Virus record (IMG/VR): IMGVR_UViG_2934470325_000001
Location: 44,623 to 108,622 of that record
From: a virus
Lineage: Duplodnaviria > Caudoviricetes
Strand: one strand, 5' to 3'
DNA: 64,000 bases
Within the stretch, counting starts at the first letter, position 1; each line of letters starts with the position of its first letter. Both the position numbers and the translations under genes were made by a program. Below are positions 1-9,400 of this stretch, one piece after another. The notes under the pieces were generated by a model. The model was not told the DNA's origin. It saw nothing but the letters and a program-made list of their open reading frames with translations, and ran no database searches.

Positions 1-49
1 GAGATGGAGCGGCTCTACACCGCCGGGCGGGCAGACGGCGAATGGCGCA

Positions 50-499
50 TCACACAGACCGGCCGTTCACCGCAGGCGGCGACGGACGCCCCACCAGCCG
101 ACGCAACGCATGAATATCCGGCTCCGGCCGCCACACCTCCGCCTGCACCGACGTCAACGTGTCCGTGAACCGGCCAACCTCCCTGGTCATCCGCTTCAAG
201 CGGTCCTCCAGCTCGGTGATCTGCGCCCGCAGCCGGGCCACATCCGCGTCAGCCTCATCGCGGATCCGCTCAGCCCGATCCTCCGACTCCCGCGCTTCTT
301 TGCGGGCGGCCTGCTCACTGGCCTGCAACTGGGTCGCCCACTGCAACATCGCGTCCCTACGCGACGCCCTACCGGCAACCCGGTTGGTGATGGCGCTGAC
401 GACGATCGCCGCAGCAGCCGAGATCAAACCGACGATGACGGTGGTCGCATCCAACCCTGACGAGGCGGCAGCGAACATCAGTCCGTAGGTGGGGTCCAT
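50..499 (-). CDS. Lysis-cassette membrane protein (one N-terminal TM helix plus coiled coil)
   Basis: Start moved to ATG at 499 (MDPTYG). Hydrophobic VIVGLISAAAAIVVSAI is followed by a charged heptad region. Lies downstream of the holin. Confidence 0.7.
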   Translation of the reverse strand: MDPTYGLMFAAASSGLDATTVIVGLISAAAAIVVSAITNRVAGRASRRDAMLQWATQLQASEQAARKEARESEDRAERIRDEADADVARLRAQITELEDRLKRMTREVGRFTDTLTSVQAEVWRPEPDIHALRRLVGRPSPPAVNGRSV

Positions 500-909
500 G
501 CTGGTTGTCCTTTGCTGGTGACCGGCTCTGGCCAGCCCGCGATCAACCACACACACATCGCGAACGCACCCCACACCGCCGCCGACACCCAGCCATCCGG
601 CACGTTGCCGAGGACCCAGCCGGACAGGTACAGGGAGAACCAGAGGACTTTGATTCCGATGGCCGCGCCGAACGCCAACCTGTCGCAGTCCCGCACCGAC
701 CCCAGGGTGCAGGCGACAGCGATGGCGATCCACAGAGCAGCCCACGGCCACAACGGCATGATGCCGTGCAGCCAGGCGTAAAACGGCTGGGCGTCGGGCT
801 GGGCGGTGGCGAGACGCAGCCCGTAGGCGACGTCGAGGCCGGCGAACACCAGTAGGGCTATGCCTCGCCGGCCGACCCGGTGCTGCAACCGTGCGACCGC
901 CCTACCCAT
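478..909 (-). CDS. Putative holin (about 4 TM helices)
   Basis: 143 aa, mostly hydrophobic, translationally coupled (TGATG) to the endolysin. Confidence 0.7.
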   Translation of the reverse strand: MGRAVARLQHRVGRRGIALLVFAGLDVAYGLRLATAQPDAQPFYAWLHGIMPLWPWAALWIAIAVACTLGSVRDCDRLAFGAAIGIKVLWFSLYLSGWVLGNVPDGWVSAAVWGAFAMCVWLIAGWPEPVTSKGQPAWTPPTD

Positions 910-1850
910 CAGGACATGCTGCCGTCGGAGACGCGGCCGGTGAACGTGAACGTCGCCGGCAGTTCCAGACGTCCCGCCGGCCCCTGCGGACCGGGGTCAC
1001 CCTTCGGCCCCTGCGGACCCGCCGGACCCTGAGGTCCCTGCGGGCCGGCAGGACCGGGCTGGCCAGCACCGCCGTACCGCTTCGCCATGCACATCTGGAG
1101 TTGCACGTAGCCCCACGCATCGAACTTGTCGCCGGAGGTGGCGGTGCTGCCGACCGACTTGCGCATCCGCAGCACCGCCGCCGACGTGCCCGACCCGTAG
1201 ACGCCATCCTCATCGCCGGCCTTGAAACCGAGATAGTTGAGGGCGACCTGGAGGGCCTGCACGTGCATGCCCTTGTCGCCGACCTGGCAGAACATCAGGA
1301 GTCCCCCTGTCGAAGTCGTCAACCCGATGTACGCCAGGTAGCGGCGGAACACCGGGGTCAGATCAGTGCCGGCCTTCGTGACATCCCGGAACACGCTGGC
1401 GTGCGTGTGGGACAGGTGCGAGGTGTCGCCGCTCGACCGACGCTTAAGCCGATCCCAGCGTTTGACCGTCACCCCGTCGGGCGAGTAGATGACCTCGCGG
1501 ATCCACAAGGTGTCCGGAGCATTCGCCTCACACTCACCGACCAGCCACACGCTGAACGTGCGCAAGTTGTGCGTCCGCCCGTTGACGGTGACGCTGAACC
1601 AGCCGACGTCCAGGGCCGACGCGTAGTCGCTCAGCCCGGCCTTGTCCCGCGACGACTCGACCACCGAGTAGTCGCTGGTCACCACCCGGTCCTCGCCGCA
1701 GTGGTAGCCGCCCCGGTGGGCGCTGTCGGCGACGATACCGACCTCGTTCGGTTCGAGGTCCGCCGAGCGGGCCACACCCGGATCCATGTCCAGATGCGTG
1801 AGGAGCAGGGAACGGACCTGCATCAGGTTGGATGGTGCGCGGGTCACCAC
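909..1850 (-). CDS. Endolysin: putative Zn-peptidase-like catalytic domain, peptidoglycan-binding domain, collagen-like tail
   Basis: ALD and HxxHxH motifs; PG_binding_1-like VQALQVALNYLGF..DGVYGSGTSAAV; about 10 Gly-X-Y triplets; position after the tail genes. Confidence 0.8.
   Translation of the reverse strand: MVTRAPSNLMQVRSLLLTHLDMDPGVARSADLEPNEVGIVADSAHRGGYHCGEDRVVTSDYSVVESSRDKAGLSDYASALDVGWFSVTVNGRTHNLRTFSVWLVGECEANAPDTLWIREVIYSPDGVTVKRWDRLKRRSSGDTSHLSHTHASVFRDVTKAGTDLTPVFRRYLAYIGLTTSTGGLLMFCQVGDKGMHVQALQVALNYLGFKAGDEDGVYGSGTSAAVLRMRKSVGSTATSGDKFDAWGYVQLQMCMAKRYGGAGQPGPAGPQGPQGPAGPQGPKGDPGPQGPAGRLELPATFTFTGRVSDGSMS
972..1064 (-). repeat. Collagen-like (Gly-X-Y)x10 repeat in the endolysin
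   Basis: GQPGPAGPQGPQGPAGPQGPKGDPGPQGPAG. Confidence 0.95.
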
Positions 1851-1872
1851 ATCACCTCCGTGGGGTTGCCGG

Positions 1873-3345
1873 TCATGCGGTCATGTCCCAGGTGATGGAG
1901 TCCAGCCACACCGACTGGCCTGTGCTGAGGCTGTTGCCGAGGGTGATCTCACCGTTCGTGGCGATCTGCAACTGGGTGCCGCCGCCCGTGTACCGGGCGA
2001 TCGTCGTCACCGCCGCGAGCGGCCTGTGCGCGGTCGTCGGGATGACTGCGACCACCGCCCCGGACGACACCGCCCCGGTCGCGGTCAGCGTGCCCCGCAG
2101 CCGGCCGTTGTCGCCGCCACGGTCCAGCCGCGATGCCGCCGCCTTCGCGCCCAGCGCCATGCCTGTGCCCGCCGTCAGGGCGACGAACGAGGTGGGAGCG
2201 GCAGTGCCACCCGCCGATCCGGTCGTCCACGTGCCCGGGGTCCCGCCAGCCGTGCACAGGTAGACGGCACCGGCAGAGTCGAGCACCACGTCACCAGTCG
2301 TCCACGTGCCCGACGTCGGTGCGCCCGTCGTGGCACGCTGGCCGCGAAAGTTGACGGCGGTCAGGCTGTTGTAGGAGCCGCCCGCGCGGACACCGAGCAG
2401 GCCGGCGAGGACGCGGGTGGCCACAATCCAGCCGGGCTGGGTGGAGTGGGCGGTGCCGTACGCACCCAGCAGCGGCTCACGGTTCGCCGCGACGCTGGGG
2501 TTGGTGCTGAGTTCGAAGAACCGGCCGGTCGACGGCCCGCCCTGGTTCTCATAGAACTCGAAGAACCGGCCGCCAATCCGGTTGTTGGTCGACGGGGCCC
2601 CGCGTACCTCACCGTTGCCGTTCGCCCAGAACGTCTTGACCGCCTGGCCGCCCGACGTAGTGGAGAACAACTGGATCGTGTCCGGGTTGTTGTCGCCCGA
2701 CGAGTACGCCATCTGCATCCGCAGCCAAGGGTTACCGGACTGGCCCTGCGTCGGATCCGGGGCCGTCGCCGTCTGCCCCACATACGCGCCGCCCACCTTC
2801 GGTGGGTTGAGCAGCAGCGCACCAGCCACCTGCGACGGCGACAGCAGCGTGAACTGCCCGCCCGACCAGCCGATCACCGTGCCATCCACGCGGGCACCCA
2901 ACGCGCCAGCCGACACATCGGAGAGGTTGGCCAGACCAGTCGAGTGCGGGTTGAGGGACGCCGCATGCGCCGCCAAAGCAGCAGCGTTGTCGGCCGCCTG
3001 CTGGCCGACCTGCTGCAACCGGGGGCCCAACACGCCGACCAGCCGCACCCGAGGGCCACCACCAGCGGACGCCCACAGGTCCGTCACCTCATCGGGTGCC
3101 TGAAACGGCGGGATCTGACCCAGGCCGCGCGTGCCGGTTCCGTCAGCAGACGTGACCGTGGTGACAGGGTTGCCGGCCTCATCGAGCAGGTCGGTGTACT
3201 GGACACCGCCCGTTTCCGCACTCCACCCGGTGACCTGCTGCCCGCCCACCACCACCGACTGCGCGCCGGTGACCGTGCCGACCGTCACCTCGTCGCCTAC
3301 GGTGATCGTGTAGTCGGCGGCCCCACCGCCAAACCAGTACCGCAC
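1873..3345 (-). CDS. Minor tail protein / tail fibre (candidate receptor-binding protein)
   Basis: Gly/Thr-rich 490 aa with a fibre-like motif (APTSGTWTTGDVV..YLCTAGGTPGTW); last tail gene. Confidence 0.8.
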   Translation of the reverse strand: MRYWFGGGAADYTITVGDEVTVGTVTGAQSVVVGGQQVTGWSAETGGVQYTDLLDEAGNPVTTVTSADGTGTRGLGQIPPFQAPDEVTDLWASAGGGPRVRLVGVLGPRLQQVGQQAADNAAALAAHAASLNPHSTGLANLSDVSAGALGARVDGTVIGWSGGQFTLLSPSQVAGALLLNPPKVGGAYVGQTATAPDPTQGQSGNPWLRMQMAYSSGDNNPDTIQLFSTTSGGQAVKTFWANGNGEVRGAPSTNNRIGGRFFEFYENQGGPSTGRFFELSTNPSVAANREPLLGAYGTAHSTQPGWIVATRVLAGLLGVRAGGSYNSLTAVNFRGQRATTGAPTSGTWTTGDVVLDSAGAVYLCTAGGTPGTWTTGSAGGTAAPTSFVALTAGTGMALGAKAAASRLDRGGDNGRLRGTLTATGAVSSGAVVAVIPTTAHRPLAAVTTIARYTGGGTQLQIATNGEITLGNSLSTGQSVWLDSITWDMTA

Positions 3346-3368
3346 TATGACTCCTCAAGGGGTGGTGG

Positions 3369-4301
3369 CTACAGGGGCCAGGACTTGCTGCCGCGTGCGA
3401 TGACGCCGGCAGCCATCGGCTCGTCAGCGCGGAGCTGCATGGTTCCGGAAGGCGCGAAGTGCGCGACGGCCGTTGCGCCGCCGAGCAGGTCGCACGACTC
3501 GCTCATACCGACGGTCGTCCGGTACTCGGCGGGAACTAGGAACGCGGTGGACAGCGCACCGGCGGCGACCGTGCTGCCGACCCGGTGGGTGTCCCACCGG
3601 CACCACACGGTGCCGTTCTTGGCGCGAATCTTGATGCTTGTACTCGCACCCGTCCAACCGGCCTCGGCCGTCAGATCGAGCCAGCCGGTGTCGGCGAGCA
3701 GCAGCACCCATGTGGTGCCGTTCGACTCGTAGGAGCGGCCCGTGTCCAGTTCCCGGATCTTGCGACCCAGTTCATGCGGGGGCCGGGTGCTGGAGGTGCA
3801 GTTGATTTGCCCGTCGGAGCCCACATACCAGGCCAGCGGCACGCACTGGCCGGCGTCGGTCGCCGTGTCGTTGTAGGGCACGGTGACCTCGGCGAGCGGC
3901 AGTTCCCACACGCCCGTCGAGGTGTCCTCGCCGTAGGTGGGGGAGGGGGTGGTGGGGGTGGCGAGCGCCGAACCCTTCACGACGGCGAGGCCGATCGTCC
4001 ACGGGTTGCGGGACAGCCGCAGCACGATCAGGTCTTTGCGGGTGGTGCCCGGTGTCGTGTTGGCGTCCACTGTCAGGCTGACCTCGGTGTCGCCGGAGTC
4101 CCACCGCAGGCCCCGCAACAGCGCCGACCGCGACGCCCGCACCTTCACCCCGAGCAGGGTGCTGTCGGCGTACACCAGCGGTGTCAAAGCAGGCGATCCG
4201 ATGAGCCCATCCGGGGCCATCGGGTGCATCAAGTCTTCGTACTCGCGGGGCGTCACAGCACGCGAGTTGTGGGCGGTGGTGGGGTACGCGTAGCCAGCCA
4301 T
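3369..4301 (-). CDS. Minor tail / baseplate protein
   Basis: RKDLIVLRL and WELPLAEVTV motifs typical of actinophage minor tail proteins; synteny. Confidence 0.8.
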   Translation of the reverse strand: MAGYAYPTTAHNSRAVTPREYEDLMHPMAPDGLIGSPALTPLVYADSTLLGVKVRASRSALLRGLRWDSGDTEVSLTVDANTTPGTTRKDLIVLRLSRNPWTIGLAVVKGSALATPTTPSPTYGEDTSTGVWELPLAEVTVPYNDTATDAGQCVPLAWYVGSDGQINCTSSTRPPHELGRKIRELDTGRSYESNGTTWVLLLADTGWLDLTAEAGWTGASTSIKIRAKNGTVWCRWDTHRVGSTVAAGALSTAFLVPAEYRTTVGMSESCDLLGGATAVAHFAPSGTMQLRADEPMAAGVIARGSKSWPL

Positions 4302-4319
4302 CCGCGCCTCCCCTCAGGG

Positions 4320-5516
4320 CTAGAGCGGAACTTCGACGGTCGCGCCACGACGGGCGAGCTGCCGGAGAATGTCGCGCTGCACAGCGGCAGCAGGGTTGAG
4401 CATCTGCGCGGAGCCGACGCCGATGACCGGCCGGATCGTCTCCCCGTCATCAGGGCTGGCCTCGATCTCGACCGCACTGATCACGTCGGGCACGTCCGGT
4501 AGGCCCGGATACGCCTCCACCGCCACCAGGTCGCCGAGCTGGTAGTTGACGCCGTACCGCTGGCCGTCGATGTCGGCGGCCACCACGGCGAGGCGTTGCA
4601 CCTCAGCCGACCCGGCCAGCTCGTCATCGACGGCGGCCTCAAGCTCGGTCAAGTTGTCAGAGCCGGCCGCGTCTACGAACGTTTCAAGCCGCCACCAGTC
4701 GCCCGGGTCGCCGCGTTCGACGATGATCCGGTTGACTCCGGCGTCTTTGCCGCCGCCGATGCCGACCGTCGCCGACGGCGCTTCCGGCTCATGTTTGATC
4801 GACAGGAGGTTGCCCATGCTGCGGGAGAACCAGATCCCGCCGGTCTTGTCCTCGGGGCCGTACACCTGGAACTCGATGGTCTGACCGACCTGCTGGGTGC
4901 GGAACCCGACCCTGCCACCGGCCAAGTTGACGATGCCACGCAGGTCGTCGGTCACCGGGGCGAACCGCGTCGACCACGACACTGCCGCTCCGCCGAGCCC
5001 CGCCGGATCACCGAGAACCAGTTGCGGTATCCGCCTCGCAGGCAGCGCACCCGGCCCCGCGTTGAAGTTGACCAGGGCGCGCATCAGGTTCTCTGCTGTG
5101 TCCGTTGCGGTCCACTTGGCGACGTCCTGCGCGGTCGCTGCGAGCGCCGGATTGGGGTAGGACAGCCGTCCGGCGATCAGCGCCAGGTCGTCGGCGAACC
5201 TCACCGTCAGGTCGCCGTAGCCGTCGTCGCCGTGTGTGGCCGCCGACCAGTCCAGCGCCCCCGCGTACTCGATTGGTCCGGCCAGCAGGATGACCCCGTT
5301 GCGTTCGACGACCGCCCGAGCCTTGGGTGTGCGAACCGCCGTAACCACGTCCGGGTACGCGGGCACCGTGAACTCGCCGGAGCTGACCTCGTTGAACCGG
5401 AGCGTGACTGACAGGGACGTCCAGTCGTCTACCTGCTGCGAGATGACGTTGAGGTTGTGGTCGGTGATCCAGATGACGTACTCAGCAGGGGTAGGTGCGG
5501 GGCCGTGAACGCCCAC
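4320..5516 (-). CDS. Minor tail (hub) protein, ReqiPepy6 Gp37-like
   Basis: RLETFVDA and RYGVNYQLGDLVAV motifs; follows the Dit-like gene. Confidence 0.8.
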   Translation of the reverse strand: MGVHGPAPTPAEYVIWITDHNLNVISQQVDDWTSLSVTLRFNEVSSGEFTVPAYPDVVTAVRTPKARAVVERNGVILLAGPIEYAGALDWSAATHGDDGYGDLTVRFADDLALIAGRLSYPNPALAATAQDVAKWTATDTAENLMRALVNFNAGPGALPARRIPQLVLGDPAGLGGAAVSWSTRFAPVTDDLRGIVNLAGGRVGFRTQQVGQTIEFQVYGPEDKTGGIWFSRSMGNLLSIKHEPEAPSATVGIGGGKDAGVNRIIVERGDPGDWWRLETFVDAAGSDNLTELEAAVDDELAGSAEVQRLAVVAADIDGQRYGVNYQLGDLVAVEAYPGLPDVPDVISAVEIEASPDDGETIRPVIGVGSAQMLNPAAAVQRDILRQLARRGATVEVPL

Positions 5517-5526
5517 AAGCCACCCC

Positions 5527-6474
5527 CTACGCGGTGTTGTAGTGGGGGTAGAACTCGACGGTGATCGTGGTCCCCGGCCCCGAGCCGGCCACCGTGAACG
5601 TCAAGTCGTTGACGCCCGGCCTCAACCGCCACAACGTCGAACCCGGCCGTTGCAGCGCGCCGCCGAGCATCTCCCCGGACGGGCCGAGAACTCGCCCCGG
5701 GTCGGTGGTGATGGTGATCGTCTGCCCGGACCCCAGCGCGTAGTTGATGGTGAACTGCTGGCCAAGGGTGTTGTTGGTTGCCACCAGTTGCGTAGCTGGC
5801 CCCGTCAACGTCCAGGTAGGCCACGCGGCAACCTTGCCCGGGTTGGTCATCTCGGTTGCGCCGAGCACGTCGCCGGAGCTGATGTTGGGGAACGGGTTGA
5901 GGTAGTCGACGGTTTCCCCGTAGGCGCGGGACAGGGTGATGGGCTGCGAGTCCCGCCACAACCCATCAGGGCAGAACAGCGACAGGACCGGGGAGTCCTC
6001 CGTCTGCCCCTGCCCGGGTTCGCCTTCCCACCCGGACTGGTAGTAGGCGATCACCTCACGGGCGGTGCCGTCCGGGCGGACCAGGCGGAACAGTCCCGGC
6101 CCGTCCCACATGGTCAGGGCGAACGACTCCGCTAAATCCCGCCACCTCCGTAGGAATTCGAGGTGTGTGCGGCCTCTGATTCGCACCGGCCACGTCAGGT
6201 TGCGGGCCTGCCGGCGCACCCCCGTCACCTGGACCCCACCACGTGCGGCAGGACGCGACTGGATAGCGATGGGGGTGAGCCCGTAGCCGGTGACCGCGTT
6301 CAACGTGAACAGGTCCCGGCCGGGCGGGTTGAGAGGCCACTCCACCCCTGCCGGGTCGATCCACAACGGCACATACTCGCCCGGATCAAACCGGGGCAAC
6401 GGAACCGGTAGCGGCCTCGGCGGGGGCGGCTCAACGGGTGGTGTGGTGGGGGCAGCCCCAATGATCAGCGGCAC
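5527..6474 (-). CDS. Distal tail (Dit-like) protein
   Basis: Immediately after the tape measure gene; NPGKVAAWPTWTLTGP and LRPGVNDL motifs. Confidence 0.85.
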   Translation of the reverse strand: MPLIIGAAPTTPPVEPPPPRPLPVPLPRFDPGEYVPLWIDPAGVEWPLNPPGRDLFTLNAVTGYGLTPIAIQSRPAARGGVQVTGVRRQARNLTWPVRIRGRTHLEFLRRWRDLAESFALTMWDGPGLFRLVRPDGTAREVIAYYQSGWEGEPGQGQTEDSPVLSLFCPDGLWRDSQPITLSRAYGETVDYLNPFPNISSGDVLGATEMTNPGKVAAWPTWTLTGPATQLVATNNTLGQQFTINYALGSGQTITITTDPGRVLGPSGEMLGGALQRPGSTLWRLRPGVNDLTFTVAGSGPGTTITVEFYPHYNTA

Positions 6475-6495
6475 CAGCCACCCCCAACCACCTGA

Positions 6496-9400
6496 TTAGC
6501 CCTTGCGTCCGACGCGGGCGCGGGCATCCATCTGCCGCTGGAGTGCCGACATCTCCGACAGAGACGGCGGACCGCCCTGCGAGTTGACGGTCAGGTTGTT
6601 GGTGACCTGCGTCGACACACCCGACCCTTGGCCGCCGCGCACGAACCGGCCGCCGTACCAGCCTGCGCCGATGGACAGCAGATCCTCACCCCGCCGCCGG
6701 CTACCGAGACGTGGCAGGAACAGCTCACCGCCCGTCTCCGGCTCGGCGAACCCGTACAGGGTCTTGGCGCTGTCGAACAGGCCGCCCTCCGACAGGCTGA
6801 GCAGCCCCGATGGGGAACCCATGTACACGCCGCCGACCGCGTTCGGGGTGAGCACGATCTTCCCGTACTGCTTGAGCAGCGAATCGATCTGCGACTTCGA
6901 CATGCCCGACCCCGACAGGATCGTCCGTAGCTGGGCCACGTACGAGTCGTAGACGCCGGTCGCCTTCTTCTTGTCGCCGGTCTGCTCCAACACGGCCTGC
7001 GCCGCATCTTGCGCATCCTTCAAGAAGCGGAACAGGGCGGTCAAGTTCTCCCTGCCTGTTTCGTCCTTCACATCGAAGATCGGCTTGTTCAAGCTGAACA
7101 GGTCCGTGATCGACGCCAAAGACCCCTCGGCGGAGATCGCCGCCTGCGCGGCAGCGATGTTCTTCTCCGACCCCACCGGACCCGGCGTGTCATAGGTTGG
7201 CCGGGCTGCCAGCTTCTTCATCAGCGAATCGATGGTCGAAGCCGACACCTTCTGCTGCTTGAGCGTCGCCCGCAGCTTCGCGATGTGGGCGTCGTACTCC
7301 TTGTTCGCCGCCTTCACCGACCCGGTCTCGCGGAACTTCGCCTGCGCGGCCTCCTCGGCAGCCTTCACCGACGAGATGACGGCGCTGTAGTTCTCCCGGC
7401 CCTTCTTCGTCGACAGGGAGAAGCTGCGGCCGTTCTCCTTGAGGCTTTCGTTCAACCTCTGGATGGCGTCCCGGGCCTGGATGTACGCCTCCACCGACTC
7501 CAGCGGGCTACCCCGATCCGTGGACGTGGCAGACGCCGACGCGCCGTAGGCAACCAGCCCCGACGCCGCCGCAACCATGCTGCCCCCGGCGATCACACCA
7601 CCAGCAGCCATCGGCACCACCCGCGCGTTGTTCCACGACGCCGCCTCAGCCAGAATAGACAGGCTCCGGTTCCGGTCCCCCTTTCGGGGAATGTACGCCT
7701 CCCCGCCCGTCTCCGGCTCCGCGAACTTCACCAGCGGCGGGTTCGACGCCGGATAGATGCCGGCCTCCAACGTGCCACCGGCAGCCATCGGAATCGGCCG
7801 GTCGATGCCACCCCACCGCTTGAGCTGCGTGCCACCCGGCACTTTCAGGTTGCCGCTGCTCGTCCACCGAACCTGCCCGGTGATCGTGAAATGCCGGTCC
7901 CGGAACGAGTTCAGCACAGCTTTCGCGGCACGCATGTCCGCCATCGCCTGCGCCGTTTTCGCCCCGATCAACACGACCTTGCCGTTCGGCAACTGGCGGA
8001 TCTGGTAGAGCACCCCGCCGACCTGGCTGGCGGCGTTCGTCGCACCAGGGGCAGTCACCGGCGTGGTGACCGCAGGCGGCATCATCCCGTACCGTTCGAT
8101 CAGTGCGTCGATCTGCTCGTCGGTGAGCTTCGCCCCGTGCAGGGTCTTTCGCAGCGCCTCAATGTACTTGTCGTACACCCCGGCGGCCTGCTCCACCGAC
8201 CCCGTTTCCTCGTACTTCTTCTGCGCAGCTTCCGCGCCGGCCTGAATGAGATCGAGGGTGAGTTGCTTGTTTTCCCGGCCCTTCTCGTTGGCGATGTCGA
8301 AGTCGGTGCCCTGCTTGTTGAGGGCCCGCCCGTTCTCCTTCAACGCCTCCGATAGCCGGTCGATGCTCTCCTCAGCTTTGATCTCCGCCTCAGCGGAGCC
8401 AATCGCCGCCCCGTTCAGCTCGTTGAACACGTCGATCAGGTCACGGCCCGATGTGACCGCGCCCTGCAAGCCCTCGCCGAGGGTCTTCGCCCGAGCCTCC
8501 AACGCAGCCAGCGACCCGGCACCGCTGTTCGCGGCCCCGTTCAGCCGCTCCATCTGGCCGACGGTCTGCGGCATGATCTTCGCAAGCTCACCCGCGTCCA
8601 GCCCCGAAGCCGACAAGATCCGATTCCAGGCGGCGTTGACACCCGCCGTGTTGTTGGTTGTCTTCGCATACTGGGCGACCGCCGAATCCAGGGCTTGAAT
8701 GCGCTCCTTACCGCCGGTGAAACTGTCCCCGTAGATCAGCTCATTCAGGGACTTCGCTGGTGGCAACAGCGACTCGATCGACCGGCCCAAGTTCGGGAAC
8801 CACTTGTCACCTGCCGTCTCAGCCGACAGGTTGAGCCCCTCCAGGCTGTCGCCGAACACCCGGGTTAGTTCACCTGTCGCCCGGCCAGTCTCGGCGAACT
8901 CCTGAACCGACTTGGTGAGCCGGTCCACGTCGGCGATCGGGTCTACGAACTGGTCGAGCACCGCACCGGCGAGCTGCAACGCGATGAGCGCCGTCACAGC
9001 CTTGTTGGCTGCTGACGCGAACCCGGTCATTCCCTTAGCCGCCAACGTTCCGGCGGGACCCATCGCTGCAACCTTCACCGCAGCGCCTTGGGCCGCAATA
9101 CCTAGGGTGGCGACTGCGCCGCTGGTCTTCTTCGCTACCGCACCCAGCGCGAGCGCAGCGATGACGAACGACTGGAACTCGTCACCGAGCGCGTTGAACA
9201 GGTCGAACACCACGCGCAGCGCGGCGGAGCCAGTGGCGAGGATGTCGAACATGGTGGCGAGGCCCTCGCGGGTGCCCGGATCCGCGAGCGCGTCGCGGGC
9301 GACACCGGCGAGGGGCCCCAGCACTTCCGCCATGCCCTCGTAGGCGGTGGTCAGGGTGTCGACGATGCCGGCGATGTCCTCCGCGCCCTGCCCTGACGCC

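Noticed and set aside
50-499. Spanin call for the TM plus coiled-coil lysis gene
   Set aside because: No lipoprotein partner was seen and the inferred host lacks an outer membrane, so it is left as a lysis accessory protein
1873-4301. Diversity-generating retroelement or invertible tail-fibre cassette
   Set aside because: No reverse transcriptase, template/variable repeat pair, or separate invertase was seen
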